Part shown: in pieces, positions 38,806-49,385 of the stretch
Layout of the letters: each line of letters starts with the position of its first letter
How positions within the stretch are numbered: position 1 is the first letter of the stretch
Origin: Actinomycetota bacterium
Lineage (GTDB): Bacteria; Actinomycetota; Actinomycetes; JBDIAW01
Length of the DNA stretch: 64,000 nucleotides
Direction of reading: 5' to 3'
Assembly (NCBI GenBank): GCA_039812585.1
Contig: JBDIAW010000004.1
Location: 10,824 to 74,823, forward strand
Position numbers and translations under genes: made by a program
The notes under the pieces: model-generated
Database searches by the model: none
What the model was told of the DNA's origin: nothing
What the model saw: only the letters and a program-made list of their open reading frames with translations

Positions 38806-40098
38806 CTAGCCCAGCAGGGGATGCACAGGGATGGTTTGCTCCCGCCCCGGGCCGACTCCGATGGCGCTGACCCGCACCCCGGTCAACTCCTCGACCGTGT
38901 GCACATAGCGTTGCGCGGCGACGGGCAGGTCAGCCCACTGGCGCACTGCGGACACATCGGTCTGCCAGCCGGGCAGCTGCTCATACACCGGCACCGCGTG
39001 ATGCAGATCGCTTTGGGATACCGGCAGGGTGTCGACGCGCCGCCCCTCGACCTCATAGCCCACGCACACCGGGATGCGCTCCCACCCGGAGAGCACATCG
39101 AGTTTGGTGAGAAACAGGTCGGTCAGCCCGTTGACTTGCGCGCTGTAGCGAGCAGCCACAGCATCGAACCATCCACAGCGACGCGGTCGCCCCGTGGTGG
39201 TTCCCACCTCCCCGCCCAGCTCGCGCAGACGGGCCCCATCTCCATCAGTGTCGTGCAGCTCCGTGGGGAAAGGGCCGGCTCCCACACGGGTGGTGTAGGC
39301 CTTGCAGATACCGATCACACGGCTGATCCTCGTAGGCCCGATGCCGGTACCGGTGCATGCCCCTCCGGCGGTGGGGTTGCTGGAGGTGACATAGGGGTAG
39401 CTGCCATGATCCACATCCAGCAGAGTCCCCTGGGCGCCCTCAATGAGTACAGTGGCCCCAGCATCAAGGGCTTGGTTGAGCACCGCCTGCGTGTCCGCCA
39501 CCAGCGGCGCCAAACGCTGCGCGTAGCCCAGATACTCACTGACCACCTCGTCAACGGTCAGCGCGCGACGGTTGAACACCTTGACCAGCAGCTCGTTTTT
39601 GCCCCGAAGCGCCCCCTCGACTTTCTGGCGCAGGATGGAGGCATCAAAGAGGTCCTGCACCCGCACCCCCAATCGGGCCACCTTGTCCTGGTAGGCCGGG
39701 CCGATCCCCCGCCCGGTGGTGCCAATCTTGGCGTTGCCGAGGTGGCGCTCGGTGAGTCGGTCCAGCAGCCGGTGATAGGGCATGATCAGGTGTGCGTTGG
39801 CGCCGATCAGCAGCCGGCTGGTATCCACCCCACGCGAGGCCAGGGCGTCTAACTCACCGAAGAGCACCTGTGGGTCTATGACCACCCCGGAGGCAATCAC
39901 TGGGATCACCCCGGCAGTCAAAATCCCCGAAGGCAACAGGTGCAGGGCATAGCGCTGCCCGTCAATGACCACCGTGTGCCCGGCGTTGTTGCCGCCCTGG
40001 TAGCGCACCACATAGTCCACCTGCTCCCCCAGCAGGTCAGTGGCCTTGCCTTTGCCCTCGTCGCCCCATTGGGCTCCGACCAACACCACTGCAGGCAT
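38806..40098 (-). CDS. purA: Adenylosuccinate synthetase
   Basis: [34 protein letters not shown]. Confidence 0.98.
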   Translation of the reverse strand: MPAVVLVGAQWGDEGKGKATDLLGEQVDYVVRYQGGNNAGHTVVIDGQRYALHLLPSGILTAGVIPVIASGVVIDPQVLFGELDALASRGVDTSRLLIGANAHLIMPYHRLLDRLTERHLGNAKIGTTGRGIGPAYQDKVARLGVRVQDLFDASILRQKVEGALRGKNELLVKVFNRRALTVDEVVSEYLGYAQRLAPLVADTQAVLNQALDAGATVLIEGAQGTLLDVDHGSYPYVTSSNPTAGGACTGTGIGPTRISRVIGICKAYTTRVGAGPFPTELHDTDGDGARLRELGGEVGTTTGRPRRCGWFDAVAARYSAQVNGLTDLFLTKLDVLSGWERIPVCVGYEVEGRRVDTLPVSQSDLHHAVPVYEQLPGWQTDVSAVRQWADLPVAAQRYVHTVEELTGVRVSAIGVGPGREQTIPVHPLLG

Positions 40099-40241
40099 CA
40101 CGGTCTCCTTGGGGTTGAAGGGGCTGTCCCTGAAGCACCCTAGCCGCCCACCGCATACCACCTCGTGATCATTACTGACGGCCCTGCCAGACCTGCGAGG
40201 CATCGGGCAGAATAAAAGCCCCAGCAAAACAAGGAGCATCT

Positions 40242-41300
40242 GTGAGTCACGACGCACCAGCCGCAACCGAACCCCTGTTGATTCTTGCTCCAGAGACGGT
40301 GACCGTGCCCTACCGCAGTTGGGGAGGTCAAGCGTTGGAAGAAGCTTTCGACTTTCTTCAACGCCAGACCGACACCCAAATCGCCACCTACCGCAACGCG
40401 CGGGAGCTACCCCACTTGTTGGCTCGGCGCGGCAAGCGCCGCCTGGTGTTGGTGTGCAACGACCTCAACCTCAACGCGTTGGTGCAGGAGCTCCATCGCC
40501 ACCGAGCACTGTCGATCAACGACCCCATCGGGCTGCTTCCTGCTGGTCCAGGCAACGAATTCGCCCACAATCTGGGGCTACCTTTGGATTTGTTGACCGC
40601 AGCACACACCGTTGTGCATGGGCAGCCACGCACCTTGGACCTGCTCGTGGACGAGCTGGGAGGGGTGGTCGTTCACACCGCAACCATCGGCATCGCTGCC
40701 CTAGGAATGCTGCCGACCAGTGAACAGGATGAGGCTGCCGCCCCCACTGCTCACGCCCAGCGCGCCGCTGACCAGGTCACTCGCCTATCGACTTTAATGG
40801 CGCGCAAACCCTCCCATCACACCGAAGCACTCACCGTGCACCCCCATCGCGGATGGAGCCTGCGCATCCTCGTTGACGATGCACAGATGTGGGACACCGC
40901 AGTGGGCTATGACGGCATACGTGGAACCTTCGATGACGATGCGCGGGTGTTTTTCGTCGAGGTAGGTAACGGCACCTCACTGGCCGATGGAATACCGCTG
41001 CTGGCCAACACGCGTCCCGATGATGGCTACCTCAATGTGGTGGTGTCGGTGGCCGCCCAACACGCCCACGTCGCTCCTCCGAGTAACCCCAACGCCGGAG
41101 CAGTCAATGTGGAGTCGGTGGAACAGCAGGTGCGTACCGCTCGAGGTCGCCGCGTCAGCGTCCTCAGTCGAGAGGCAGCTTTCACCGTGATGGTGGACGG
41201 TCAAGCTCAGACCGGAGTCCACGCCCGCACCTGGCGGGTGGAACCCGCCGCCTGGTCGGTGTTGGCACCTGCTCTCCCTGCAGCCACGACCGTGCAGTGA
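40242..41300 (+). CDS. Diacylglycerol-kinase-family protein with a degenerate GGDG motif
   Basis: [29 protein letters not shown]; position beside purA. Confidence 0.75.
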   Translation: MSHDAPAATEPLLILAPETVTVPYRSWGGQALEEAFDFLQRQTDTQIATYRNARELPHLLARRGKRRLVLVCNDLNLNALVQELHRHRALSINDPIGLLPAGPGNEFAHNLGLPLDLLTAAHTVVHGQPRTLDLLVDELGGVVVHTATIGIAALGMLPTSEQDEAAAPTAHAQRAADQVTRLSTLMARKPSHHTEALTVHPHRGWSLRILVDDAQMWDTAVGYDGIRGTFDDDARVFFVEVGNGTSLADGIPLLANTRPDDGYLNVVVSVAAQHAHVAPPSNPNAGAVNVESVEQQVRTARGRRVSVLSREAAFTVMVDGQAQTGVHARTWRVEPAAWSVLAPALPAATTVQ

Positions 41301-41533
41301 GTGATCGAGGAAAGCGACAAATCGCGCTCTGCCCACCCCGGTTACAAAGTGTGCCTGAACCCGTGCGTTAAGTTATCTCTCAGTGGGGGAGACCCTGCGA
41401 TCGCCCGTGGTGAGTTGCGGCAGGGGACAACTCACCCGGGCGATTCTTATAGGGCCGGGTCGAGGCCCTGGGGGTGCCTCATCCCTCATACGCCTTCGGG
41501 GCCGTTCCCAGACACCTACGCGATCACACCAAA

Positions 41534-41567
41534 CAGGGGTTTGCCGGATGAACCCGACAAACCCCTG
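41534..41567. terminator. Hairpin between the convergent DAGK-like gene and fbaA
   Basis: CAGGGGTTTG...CAAACCCCTG, 15 nt past the fbaA stop. Confidence 0.7.
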
Positions 41568-41581
41568 CTCGACAGCCTTAT

Positions 41582-42607
41582 TTACTGCTTGGGCGCGGTA
41601 CCGGCGCTGCGCAGGTTTTCACAGGCCTCGACGATACGAGCGGCCATGCCTGCCTCGGCAGCTTTGCCATAGGAGCGAGGATCGTAGGCCTTTTTGTCAC
41701 CAACCTCGCCGTCGACCTTGAGCACCCCGGCGTACTTGGAGAACATGTGATCAACAATGGGCCGGGTGAAGGCGTACTGGGTGTCGGTGTCGACGTTCAT
41801 CTTCACCACACCGTAATCCACCGCTTCGCGGATCTCCTCCAGGGTAGAGCCTGAGCCTCCGTGGAAGACCAGGTCAAAGGGGCGCTCCCGACCCAGTTTG
41901 GCCGCAGCCGCGTCCTGGATCTCCTTGAGCACCGCCGGGCGCAGCTGCACATTGCCCGGCTTGTACACGCCATGGACATTGCCGAAGGTGGCGGCCAGCA
42001 GGTAACGACCGTTCTCGCCGGCGCCAAGGGCGTCGATAGTCGCCAGCGCATCCTCGGGGGTGGTGTAGAGCTTGTCGTTGATCTCGTGGCTCACGCCATC
42101 TTCTTCACCGCCAACTACGCCAATCTCCAACTCCATGATCATGCGAGCGCGCTTGCACTTGTCCAGCAACTCCTGGGCGATGGAGAGGTTGTTTTTCATC
42201 GACTCCGCCGAACCATCCCACATGTGCGACTGGAAGAGCGGCTCTTGACCTTGAGCAACGCGCTCCAAGGAGAGGTCAATGAGGGGACGCATGTAGCCAT
42301 CCAGCTTGTTAGCCGGGCAGTGGTCGGTGTGCAACGCCACGGTGATCGGGTAATTCTTGGCAACGACGCGGGTGTATTCGACCATGGCCACCGCACCGGC
42401 CACCATGTCCTTGATCGTGGTGCCGGAGGCGAACTCCGCACCGCCGGTGGAGAACTGGATGATCCCGTCCGAACCTGCCTCAGCAAACCCACGCAGTGCA
42501 GCACTGACCGTCTGGGAGGAGGTGCAGTTGATGGCAGGGTAGGCAAAGCGGCCCGCTTTGGCGCGGTCGAGCATCGCGGCATAAGACTCGGGGGTAGCAA
42601 CTGGCAT
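41582..42607 (-). CDS. fbaA: Class II fructose-bisphosphate aldolase
   Basis: AYPAINCTS, LHTDHC, SHMWDGS, FGNVHGVYKPG, VFHGGSG, KMNVDTD. Confidence 0.98.
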   Translation of the reverse strand: MPVATPESYAAMLDRAKAGRFAYPAINCTSSQTVSAALRGFAEAGSDGIIQFSTGGAEFASGTTIKDMVAGAVAMVEYTRVVAKNYPITVALHTDHCPANKLDGYMRPLIDLSLERVAQGQEPLFQSHMWDGSAESMKNNLSIAQELLDKCKRARMIMELEIGVVGGEEDGVSHEINDKLYTTPEDALATIDALGAGENGRYLLAATFGNVHGVYKPGNVQLRPAVLKEIQDAAAAKLGRERPFDLVFHGGSGSTLEEIREAVDYGVVKMNVDTDTQYAFTRPIVDHMFSKYAGVLKVDGEVGDKKAYDPRSYGKAAEAGMAARIVEACENLRSAGTAPKQ

Positions 42608-42695
42608 AGCTGATCTTTCTCCTTGCGTGAGAGGGACGAACCGTCGGCTCCCAGCCTACGACGTTGGCTGCTCCGTTGCGCACCGAGCCGTCCGT

Positions 42696-42762
42696 GTGGG
42701 TCGTGGTGGGGGGCGTTTAAGAGGGCCTGTCGGCCCCTTAAACGCCCCCCACCACGACCCAC
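42696..42762. repeat. Perfect 26-bp inverted repeat with 15-nt spacer
   Basis: GTGGGTCGTGGTGGGGGGCGTTTAAG (42696-721) and its complement (42737-762); inner GGGCC/GGCCC adds 5 bp. Confidence 0.92.
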
Positions 42763-42763
42763 C

Positions 42764-43450
42764 TCAGCAGCTGGGCTGAGCAGGCAGCGTGGCGTGTTGA
42801 CGGATCCAGGTGTGCATGGCGATTCCGGCGGCCACCCCAGCGTTGATGGAGCGGGTGGAACCGAACTGAGCAATGGAACAGATGAGTTCCAAGGCCTCCC
42901 GTGCCGGCTCAGACAGGCCCGGGCCCTCCTGGCCAAACAGCATGAGGCAGCGCTGGGGCAACTGCACCGTCTCCAACGGCACCGCGCCGGGGAGGTTGTC
43001 GATGCCGATGACCTGCCACTGATGCTGCCTCGCGTGCTCGAGCAGGCTGGAGACATCACTGTGATGGTGGATGTGTTGGTAACGGTCGGTAACCATCGCT
43101 CCTCGACGGTTCCACTGACGCTTGCCGACGATGTGCACGCTGTCGGCCAGAAAAGCGTTGGCCGTCCTGACCACCGTGCCTATGTTCAGGTCGTGCTGCC
43201 AGTTCTCGATACCCACCGCAAACGGGTGCCGCCGCGTGTCCAAATCGGCAACGATCGCCTCCCGCGACCAGTACCGGTAGCGGTCTATCACATTGCGACG
43301 ATCACCCTGGGTCAGCAAATCCGGATCGTAGCGGGGGTCCTCAGGCCAGGGCTGGGGATGGGGGCCCACCCCGATCGTGCGGGCATAGGCTTCGCTGGCG
43401 GTGAGGGGTTCCTGGGAAGCCAGGACCTCCTGACAGGGCTGATCCGTCAT
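42764..43450 (-). CDS. TrmH/SpoU-family RNA methyltransferase
   Basis: DRRNV.DRYRYW, NIGTVVRTANAF, FGQEGPGL, FGSTRSINAG. Confidence 0.92.
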   Translation of the reverse strand: MTDQPCQEVLASQEPLTASEAYARTIGVGPHPQPWPEDPRYDPDLLTQGDRRNVIDRYRYWSREAIVADLDTRRHPFAVGIENWQHDLNIGTVVRTANAFLADSVHIVGKRQWNRRGAMVTDRYQHIHHHSDVSSLLEHARQHQWQVIGIDNLPGAVPLETVQLPQRCLMLFGQEGPGLSEPAREALELICSIAQFGSTRSINAGVAAGIAMHTWIRQHATLPAQPSC

Positions 43451-43493
43451 CCAATCTCCCCTCAAGTTCAGTGGCGCCCGGTAAAGTGAGGGG

Positions 43494-44231
43494 GTGCCCA
43501 CCACCATGATCCTCGCCGCACCTGCCGTGACCACTACCGCGTTGGGGCCTTCTTGGCTGGACCCCATGCAGATGTTGGAGTCCCTCAACGGCTGGGCACT
43601 TGTGGTGGCCTTACTCATCGTATTCGCCGAATGTGGCCTGCTCTTGGGGTTTTTCCTGCCCGGAGACTCCCTGCTGTTCACCGCTGGCCTGCTGATCAAA
43701 ACCGGTGTCATTCAAACCAACATTGTGCTGGCGTGTTTGCTGCTCACTGCTGCCGCCTTCATCGGCAACCTCACCGGGTACTACATCGGGTACAAAGCGG
43801 GGGAGCCCCTGTTCGAGCGGCCCAACTCCCGACTGTTTCGTCGGGAGTATGTGCAACGCACCCACGAGTTCTTCGAGCGCTACGGTGGGCAAGCTGTGGT
43901 GATGGCGCGGTTCGTGCCTATCGTGCGGACCTTCATCACCGCGATGGCCGGGGTGGCACGCATGAACCTGCGCACCTACGTGGTGTATAGCGGGGTAGGA
44001 GCTGTGCTGTGGGCCACTGGAGTCACCGTGTTGGGGTACTTCCTGGGTCGGGTGGAGTTCGTCCATCGCCACTTGGAGTTGATCCTCGTTCTGATCGTTC
44101 TCGCCTCGGTACTGCCCCCTCTGGTGGAGTATTTGCGCAAACGAGGTGCACACAAAGGTAAAACTGGGCAGAATGGATGGGGAAAACCCGAGGGCACTGC
44201 CGAGGACCCCACAACATCAACCACAGCGTGA
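43494..44231 (+). CDS. DedA-family membrane protein
   Basis: FAECG, LPGDSLLF, ARFVPIVRT. Confidence 0.93.
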   Translation: MPTTMILAAPAVTTTALGPSWLDPMQMLESLNGWALVVALLIVFAECGLLLGFFLPGDSLLFTAGLLIKTGVIQTNIVLACLLLTAAAFIGNLTGYYIGYKAGEPLFERPNSRLFRREYVQRTHEFFERYGGQAVVMARFVPIVRTFITAMAGVARMNLRTYVVYSGVGAVLWATGVTVLGYFLGRVEFVHRHLELILVLIVLASVLPPLVEYLRKRGAHKGKTGQNGWGKPEGTAEDPTTSTTA

Positions 44232-44297
44232 TGGTGGGAGCACTCCTAGCATCCCTCACCCCATGAGCACCTCAGGACACCTGCAGCCCTTGGAGGC

Positions 44298-45200
44298 ATG
44301 ATGAGTAAGCGCGATGATCACCCCACCCGGTGGGGGCATGCGCTGCGCTCCTGGGGAGACCAAGCTTTAGCCGACACTCGTCTGCGTGACCAGCTCGCTC
44401 GTGACTTATTAGACCCCTACCCTGCACCCGATTCCGCGGCCCCCCACGGCCTGGCCAGCCAACCAGTGGTGAGCCGCTCCCGCCGGCTACGCCGTCGGCC
44501 CACCACTCGACGGGGCACGGTAGCCATCGCTGTAGCGGGATGTCTGAGCACTGTAGCCATGTGCGTTCTGGCCTTATCGCTGTTGGGCGGTATGCGTCCC
44601 TCCCCGCCACTCAACGTCGGTCGGGGAGCCGGAATCGGGGACGCCACCAGTTCAGCCGCTCCCGAGGATGAAACCCCAGACCGTTCATCTGGCGCGACTA
44701 CCGCCACCTCCACCGGCTCCCCCACTACTGCCCCTCCCAGAACCCCTGCTCCTGCCGGGGCTACTGTGACTCCAGTTGGTCTCACTTTGCCTGCTGGCAC
44801 ATGGAGCTCTCCCACCGGTTCTGCGCCTAGCCGCCCTTCAGCTCCCACCAGCACCAGAGCTCCTGCCCAAGCCCAGGGTGAGGAGAGAAGTGCACCCTCC
44901 CAGCCACCCTTACAAGCGGTCATTGCAGTGGACTCATCGGGGGCAGCCAGCCGGTACTTTTTTTACAACACCGACATTCAGCTCGTGAAGTCAGGGACAG
45001 TGCAGCCTGGATCGTCAGTGGGATTCAGCAGTTCTACCGCCACCAAACTTGTCCTGGAGAACCGTGCCGGTACCAGCTTTAGCCTCAACGGCTCTCCCAT
45101 CGACCTGGGAAAGCCCGACCAGCAGGTTTCGCTCTACCTCATGATGGTGAACGGCCAAGCCACCGTCATCGATAAAACTATCCAGCCTCTCGCGGGGTAG
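44298..45200 (+). CDS. Single-pass protein with a RodZ-like (DUF4115) C-terminal domain
   Basis: TM, T/P/S linker, then GTVQPG...[20 protein letters not shown]. Confidence 0.55.
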   Translation: MMSKRDDHPTRWGHALRSWGDQALADTRLRDQLARDLLDPYPAPDSAAPHGLASQPVVSRSRRLRRRPTTRRGTVAIAVAGCLSTVAMCVLALSLLGGMRPSPPLNVGRGAGIGDATSSAAPEDETPDRSSGATTATSTGSPTTAPPRTPAPAGATVTPVGLTLPAGTWSSPTGSAPSRPSAPTSTRAPAQAQGEERSAPSQPPLQAVIAVDSSGAASRYFFYNTDIQLVKSGTVQPGSSVGFSSSTATKLVLENRAGTSFSLNGSPIDLGKPDQQVSLYLMMVNGQATVIDKTIQPLAG

Positions 45201-47820
45201 TCCTATCGATGACGCCCGATTGCCCCTTCCTCACATCCAGGGCGTCTTTGGTTGCATTGAGATCGACATGGACGGTGTCTCCGTCGGTGATCTCACCGGA
45301 TAGCAGGGCGGTGGCCAGGGTGTCACCGATGGCGGTTTGCACCAGCCGTCGCAGTGGTCGTGCTCCATAGAGGGGGTCGAAGCCGGCCAGGGCTAGCCAC
45401 TCCATGGCCGCAGGCGTGACCTCGAGGCGCAGTCGGCGAGCCGACAGGCGATTGGCTAAATGTTGAATGTGCAACTGCACGATGCAACCTAGCTCCTGCA
45501 TGGTCAAAGGAGCGAAGATCACCATGTCGTCGAGCCGGTTCAGGAACTCCGGTTTAAAGGTGGCGCGCACCGTTTGCAGCACCACCTCACGGGCCTGCGG
45601 CGGGTCCAGTGTGGGGTCCACCAGCGCAGTGCTGCCGAGGTTGGAGGTCAACACCAGGATCGTGTTGCGGAAATCCACTGTCCGGCCTTGCCCATCGGTC
45701 AAGCGCCCGTCGTCGAGCACTTGCAGCAGCAGGTCGAAAACCTCCGGGTGGGCCTTCTCCACCTCGTCGAAGAGCACCACGGAGTACGGGCGACGGCGCA
45801 CCGCTTCGGTGAGCTGCCCCCCCTCCTCGTAGCCCACATACCCGGGGGGAGCCCCCACCAGACGCGCCACGGAGTGTTTCTCGGCGTACTCGCTCATGTC
45901 GATGCGCGTCATCGCCCGTTCGTCGTCAAAGAGGAACTGTGCCAGCGCCTTGGCCAGCTCCGTTTTCCCCACCCCGGTGGGACCCAGGAACAGGAAACTG
46001 CCCATGGGGCGATCCGGATCGGCTATCCCGGCACGGGCGCGGCGGATCGCATTACTCACGGCGGCCACCGCCTCGGCCTGGCCCACTACCCGGTTGCCCA
46101 GCTCCTCCTCCATGCGCAGCAGTTTGCGCTGCTCACCCTCCAGCAGGCGCCCAGCCGGGATGCCCGTCCAGGCCTGCACCACCTCAGCAATGTCATCGGG
46201 CCCCACCTGCTCTTTGACCATCGCTTCGGAGTGGTCGGGGCCACCGTTTTGCGCCGCGTCACTGGCTGCGTTCATCTCTTTCTCTAGTGTGGGGATTTCC
46301 CCATACATGAGGCGAGATGCCGTGTCAAAGTCTCCCGTGCGCTGGGCTTTCTCGGCCTCACCACGCAGGGCATCCAGGCGTTTCTTCAGCTCACCCACCT
46401 TGTTCAGGCCGGACTTCTCCCGCTCCCAGCGGGCGGTCAGCGCAGCCAAAGACTCCTGCTTATCAGCGAGGTCGACACGCAGCTTCTTCAACCGGTGGGC
46501 GCTTCCCTCGCTGGTGTCCTTGGCCAGGGCCAACTCCTCCATGAGTAGGCGATCCACGCTGCGTTGCAGCTCGTCGATCTCCACCGGACGACTGTCGATC
46601 TCCATGCGAAGGCGGCTGGCAGCCTCATCGATGAGGTCGATGGCCTTGTCTGGGAGTTGGCGCGCCGGGATGTAGCGGTCACTGAGCGCCGCCGCCGCCA
46701 CTAGGGCGGAGTCGCTGATTTGCACCTGGTGATGCGCCTCGTAGCGGCCTTTCAACCCGCGCAGGATCGCGATGGTATCCTCGACGCTGGGCTCGCCAAC
46801 GTAGACCTGCTGGAAGCGGCGCTCCAGCGCGGGGTCCTTCTCAATGTGCTCACGGTACTCATCCAGCGTGGTCGCCCCGACCATGCGCAACTCCCCGCGC
46901 GCCAGCATCGGTTTGAGCATGTTGCCCGCGTCCATCGCCCCCTCGCTGCCCCCGCCTGCGCCCACCACGGTGTGCAACTCATCCAGGAAGGTGATCACCT
47001 GGCCATTGCTGTCTTTGATCTCGGCCAGCACTGCTTTGAGGCGCTCCTCAAACTCCCCCCGGTATTTCGCCCCCGCGACCATGGCGCCCAGGTCCAGCGC
47101 GATCAGGCTCTTGTTACGCAGCGATTCAGGCACATCACCTGCGACAATGCGCTGCGCCAAGCCCTCCACGACCGCGGTTTTCCCCACGCCGGGCTCCCCG
47201 ATGAGCACCGGGTTGTTTTTCGTGCGGCGAGACAGCACCTGGATGACCCGCCGGATCTCCGCGTCACGCCCAATGACCGGGTCCAGCTCGTTCTCCCGGG
47301 CGCGTTCGGTCAAGTCGATCCCGTACTTCTGCAACGCCTGGAAGGTGGCCTCCGGGTTTTCGGAGGTCACCCGACCCGCCGCTCCCCGCACCGAGGAGAA
47401 CACCGCGAGCAGACCCTCGGAGGTCACGCCCGCCTTGCGCAGCAACTCCCCCACCGTGCCTTCACTGCCAGCCAGAGCGACTAACAGATGCTCGGTGGAG
47501 ACGAACTCGTCGTCGAGTTCTTTGGCCACCTCAGCGGCTTTGTTCAGCACAGCCAGCGCCGGACGGCTCAACCCGGGGGCGCTGACGGTTTGCCCGGTGG
47601 CGCTGGGCAGGCGGCGCATCAGGGAGTCCATGTCTGCTTTGATGCTGGCACGGTCCGCGTTGGAGGCCTCCAACACCGCATGAGCCATGCCATCGGGTTG
47701 GGCCAACAACGCCGCCAGCAGATGCACCGGCTCCACATGCGGATGCCCCGCTGCGACCGCTCGGCGCACCGCATCGGCCAGGGCCTCCTGGCTCTTAGTG
47801 GTCAGCTTGTAGGCATCCAT
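45178..47820 (-). CDS. clpB: Chaperone ClpB
   Basis: LTTKSQEAL start, two AAA+ modules, coiled-coil middle domain. Confidence 0.99.
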   Translation of the reverse strand: MDAYKLTTKSQEALADAVRRAVAAGHPHVEPVHLLAALLAQPDGMAHAVLEASNADRASIKADMDSLMRRLPSATGQTVSAPGLSRPALAVLNKAAEVAKELDDEFVSTEHLLVALAGSEGTVGELLRKAGVTSEGLLAVFSSVRGAAGRVTSENPEATFQALQKYGIDLTERARENELDPVIGRDAEIRRVIQVLSRRTKNNPVLIGEPGVGKTAVVEGLAQRIVAGDVPESLRNKSLIALDLGAMVAGAKYRGEFEERLKAVLAEIKDSNGQVITFLDELHTVVGAGGGSEGAMDAGNMLKPMLARGELRMVGATTLDEYREHIEKDPALERRFQQVYVGEPSVEDTIAILRGLKGRYEAHHQVQISDSALVAAAALSDRYIPARQLPDKAIDLIDEAASRLRMEIDSRPVEIDELQRSVDRLLMEELALAKDTSEGSAHRLKKLRVDLADKQESLAALTARWEREKSGLNKVGELKKRLDALRGEAEKAQRTGDFDTASRLMYGEIPTLEKEMNAASDAAQNGGPDHSEAMVKEQVGPDDIAEVVQAWTGIPAGRLLEGEQRKLLRMEEELGNRVVGQAEAVAAVSNAIRRARAGIADPDRPMGSFLFLGPTGVGKTELAKALAQFLFDDERAMTRIDMSEYAEKHSVARLVGAPPGYVGYEEGGQLTEAVRRRPYSVVLFDEVEKAHPEVFDLLLQVLDDGRLTDGQGRTVDFRNTILVLTSNLGSTALVDPTLDPPQAREVVLQTVRATFKPEFLNRLDDMVIFAPLTMQELGCIVQLHIQHLANRLSARRLRLEVTPAAMEWLALAGFDPLYGARPLRRLVQTAIGDTLATALLSGEITDGDTVHVDLNATKDALDVRKGQSGVIDRTTPREAG

Positions 47821-47854
47821 AACAGGCTCCTTCGTCGCAGGGCTTTGGTGGAGG

Positions 47855-47881
47855 CAACGACCCTGACGGTGAGCCTATTCC
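47855..47881 (-). promoter_or_regulatory. SigR/SigH-type promoter of clpB
   Basis: Minus strand reads GGAAT-N18-GTTG, 35 nt upstream of the ATG. Confidence 0.78.
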
Positions 47882-47984
47882 GTCAAGGAGCAGCTGGTTT
47901 CCACCCGGCGTCAGCAGTCCGCAACCGTTGGCACACCACCGGCTGCACCACGTTGCCCGTAGGAGTCAGAGCCAGCACCCGTTC

Positions 47985-48698
47985 TTACCGAACTGTCCAG
48001 TCGACGAGGTCTGCGCCCTGCCTGGCCAGCAGAGCGTTGGCGCGGGTGAACGGGCGCGAGCCGAAGAAACCTCGGTCAGCCGACATGGGGGAGGGGTGGG
48101 GGCTGGTCACACACGGGGTGACGCCCAGCAGGGGCCTCACCCCTGCCGCGTCGCGGCCCCACAAGATCGCCACCAAGGGCAGGTCGCGAGCCACCAGGGC
48201 CGACACGGCCGCATCGGTAACCTGCTCCCACCCTTTGCCGCGATGGGAGGCTGGCTTACCCGCCTGCACGCTCAGAGCCCGGTTGAGCAACATCACTCCC
48301 GCCTGCTGCCAACTGGAGAGGTCGCCATGCTCAGGCAGGGCCACCCCGGTGTCCTCCACCAACTCGCGATAGATGTTGGCCAAGCTGCGCGGCAGCGGGC
48401 GCACGTGGCGATCCACCGCAAACGACAAGCCGATGGGATGGCCGGGGGTGGGGTAGGGATCCTGGCCAACAATGAGCACCTTCACCGACGCCAAGGGCAC
48501 GCTGAACGCACGCAACACCTTTTCTCCTGCCGGCAGGTAGCCCCTGCCAGCAGCGACCTCAGCGCGCAGAAATTGACCCATACCCGCAATGACCGACTCC
48601 ACCGGGCGCAGGGCAGGCACCCAACTGGGATGCACCAGCTCCTCCAGGGGCTTGGCAGGCTTGGCGGCGGCAGGGACAGTGATCGGTGAAACGCTCAT
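47985..48698 (-). CDS. ung: Uracil-DNA glycosylase, family 1
   Basis: GQDPYP, GLSF, LLN..LSV, HPSPMS. Confidence 0.95.
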   Translation of the reverse strand: MSVSPITVPAAAKPAKPLEELVHPSWVPALRPVESVIAGMGQFLRAEVAAGRGYLPAGEKVLRAFSVPLASVKVLIVGQDPYPTPGHPIGLSFAVDRHVRPLPRSLANIYRELVEDTGVALPEHGDLSSWQQAGVMLLNRALSVQAGKPASHRGKGWEQVTDAAVSALVARDLPLVAILWGRDAAGVRPLLGVTPCVTSPHPSPMSADRGFFGSRPFTRANALLARQGADLVDWTVR

Positions 48699-48744
48699 GG
48701 GAATGAGTCTGCCCGCACCGAATAAATCTTTGGTTCCTGCGTGA

Positions 48745-48770
48745 GAACCTGGTGGCAGGTCAGAGGCGTA
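48745..48770 (+). promoter_or_regulatory. ECF-type promoter of sigma gene 1
   Basis: GAACCT-N16-CGTA ending 66 nt before the ATG; same motif before sigma gene 2. Confidence 0.75.
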
Positions 48771-48835
48771 CCCCCCATGAGCCTTACTGTTCACCAGCCC
48801 CAAGACGGCTGAGCCAAACCTTCAAGGAGTCGTGC

Positions 48836-49357
48836 ATGAACGAAGAGCAATTCCGTGCGTTCTACGAGGAATCTGGACCAGCCCTGGTGGGTCAGCTTTA
48901 CGCCATGATTGGTGACGCGGCAGAGGCGCAAGATTGCGTCCAAGAAGCCTTCATCAAGGCATGGACGCACCGGGAGAACTTAGAAACGCAGGGTAATCCG
49001 ACAGCATGGGTGCGCACTACCGCCTATCGCCTCTCAGTGAGCCGGTGGCGCCGGGCCAGCAGCTTGTTGCGCGCCTACCAGCGCCACGGAGCGACTCCCC
49101 ACGTCGAGCCGCCCAATGAGCTCAGCAGCGATGTGGCCGCCGCAATGCGCCAACTTCCCCTGCCGCTGCGACAGGTGTTAGTCCTGCATTACCTATGCGA
49201 CCTGCCCCTGGAGGAGATCGCCTCTGAAACGGGCCTAGCCCTAGGCACCGTGAAGTCACGCCTGCACCGGGCCCGGGAACAGATGGCGCTGGTCATGGGC
49301 CCTGAACACCGACCCAATCTGGCCGTTCGCACCTTGCCCACCGCCTGCGCCTTTTAA
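48836..49357 (+). CDS. ECF sigma factor (SigE-like), copy 1
   Basis: AQDCVQEAF region 2, LALGTVKSRLHRAR region 4; AAGGAG RBS. Confidence 0.93.
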   Translation: MNEEQFRAFYEESGPALVGQLYAMIGDAAEAQDCVQEAFIKAWTHRENLETQGNPTAWVRTTAYRLSVSRWRRASSLLRAYQRHGATPHVEPPNELSSDVAAAMRQLPLPLRQVLVLHYLCDLPLEEIASETGLALGTVKSRLHRAREQMALVMGPEHRPNLAVRTLPTACAF

Positions 49358-49385
49358 CTGCGACCGTTACTGCGAAAGGAACCTC

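Noticed and set aside
38335-39852. Long antisense and alternative-frame ORFs (also 6888-7778, 7941-8927, 55278-56504 and many others)
   Set aside because: Shadows of conserved high-GC genes, which are stop-poor in other frames
41400-41480. Calling the C-rich hairpins 6C RNA
   Set aside because: Loops have only 4-5 C and the locus differs from the usual ssd/HAD neighbourhood
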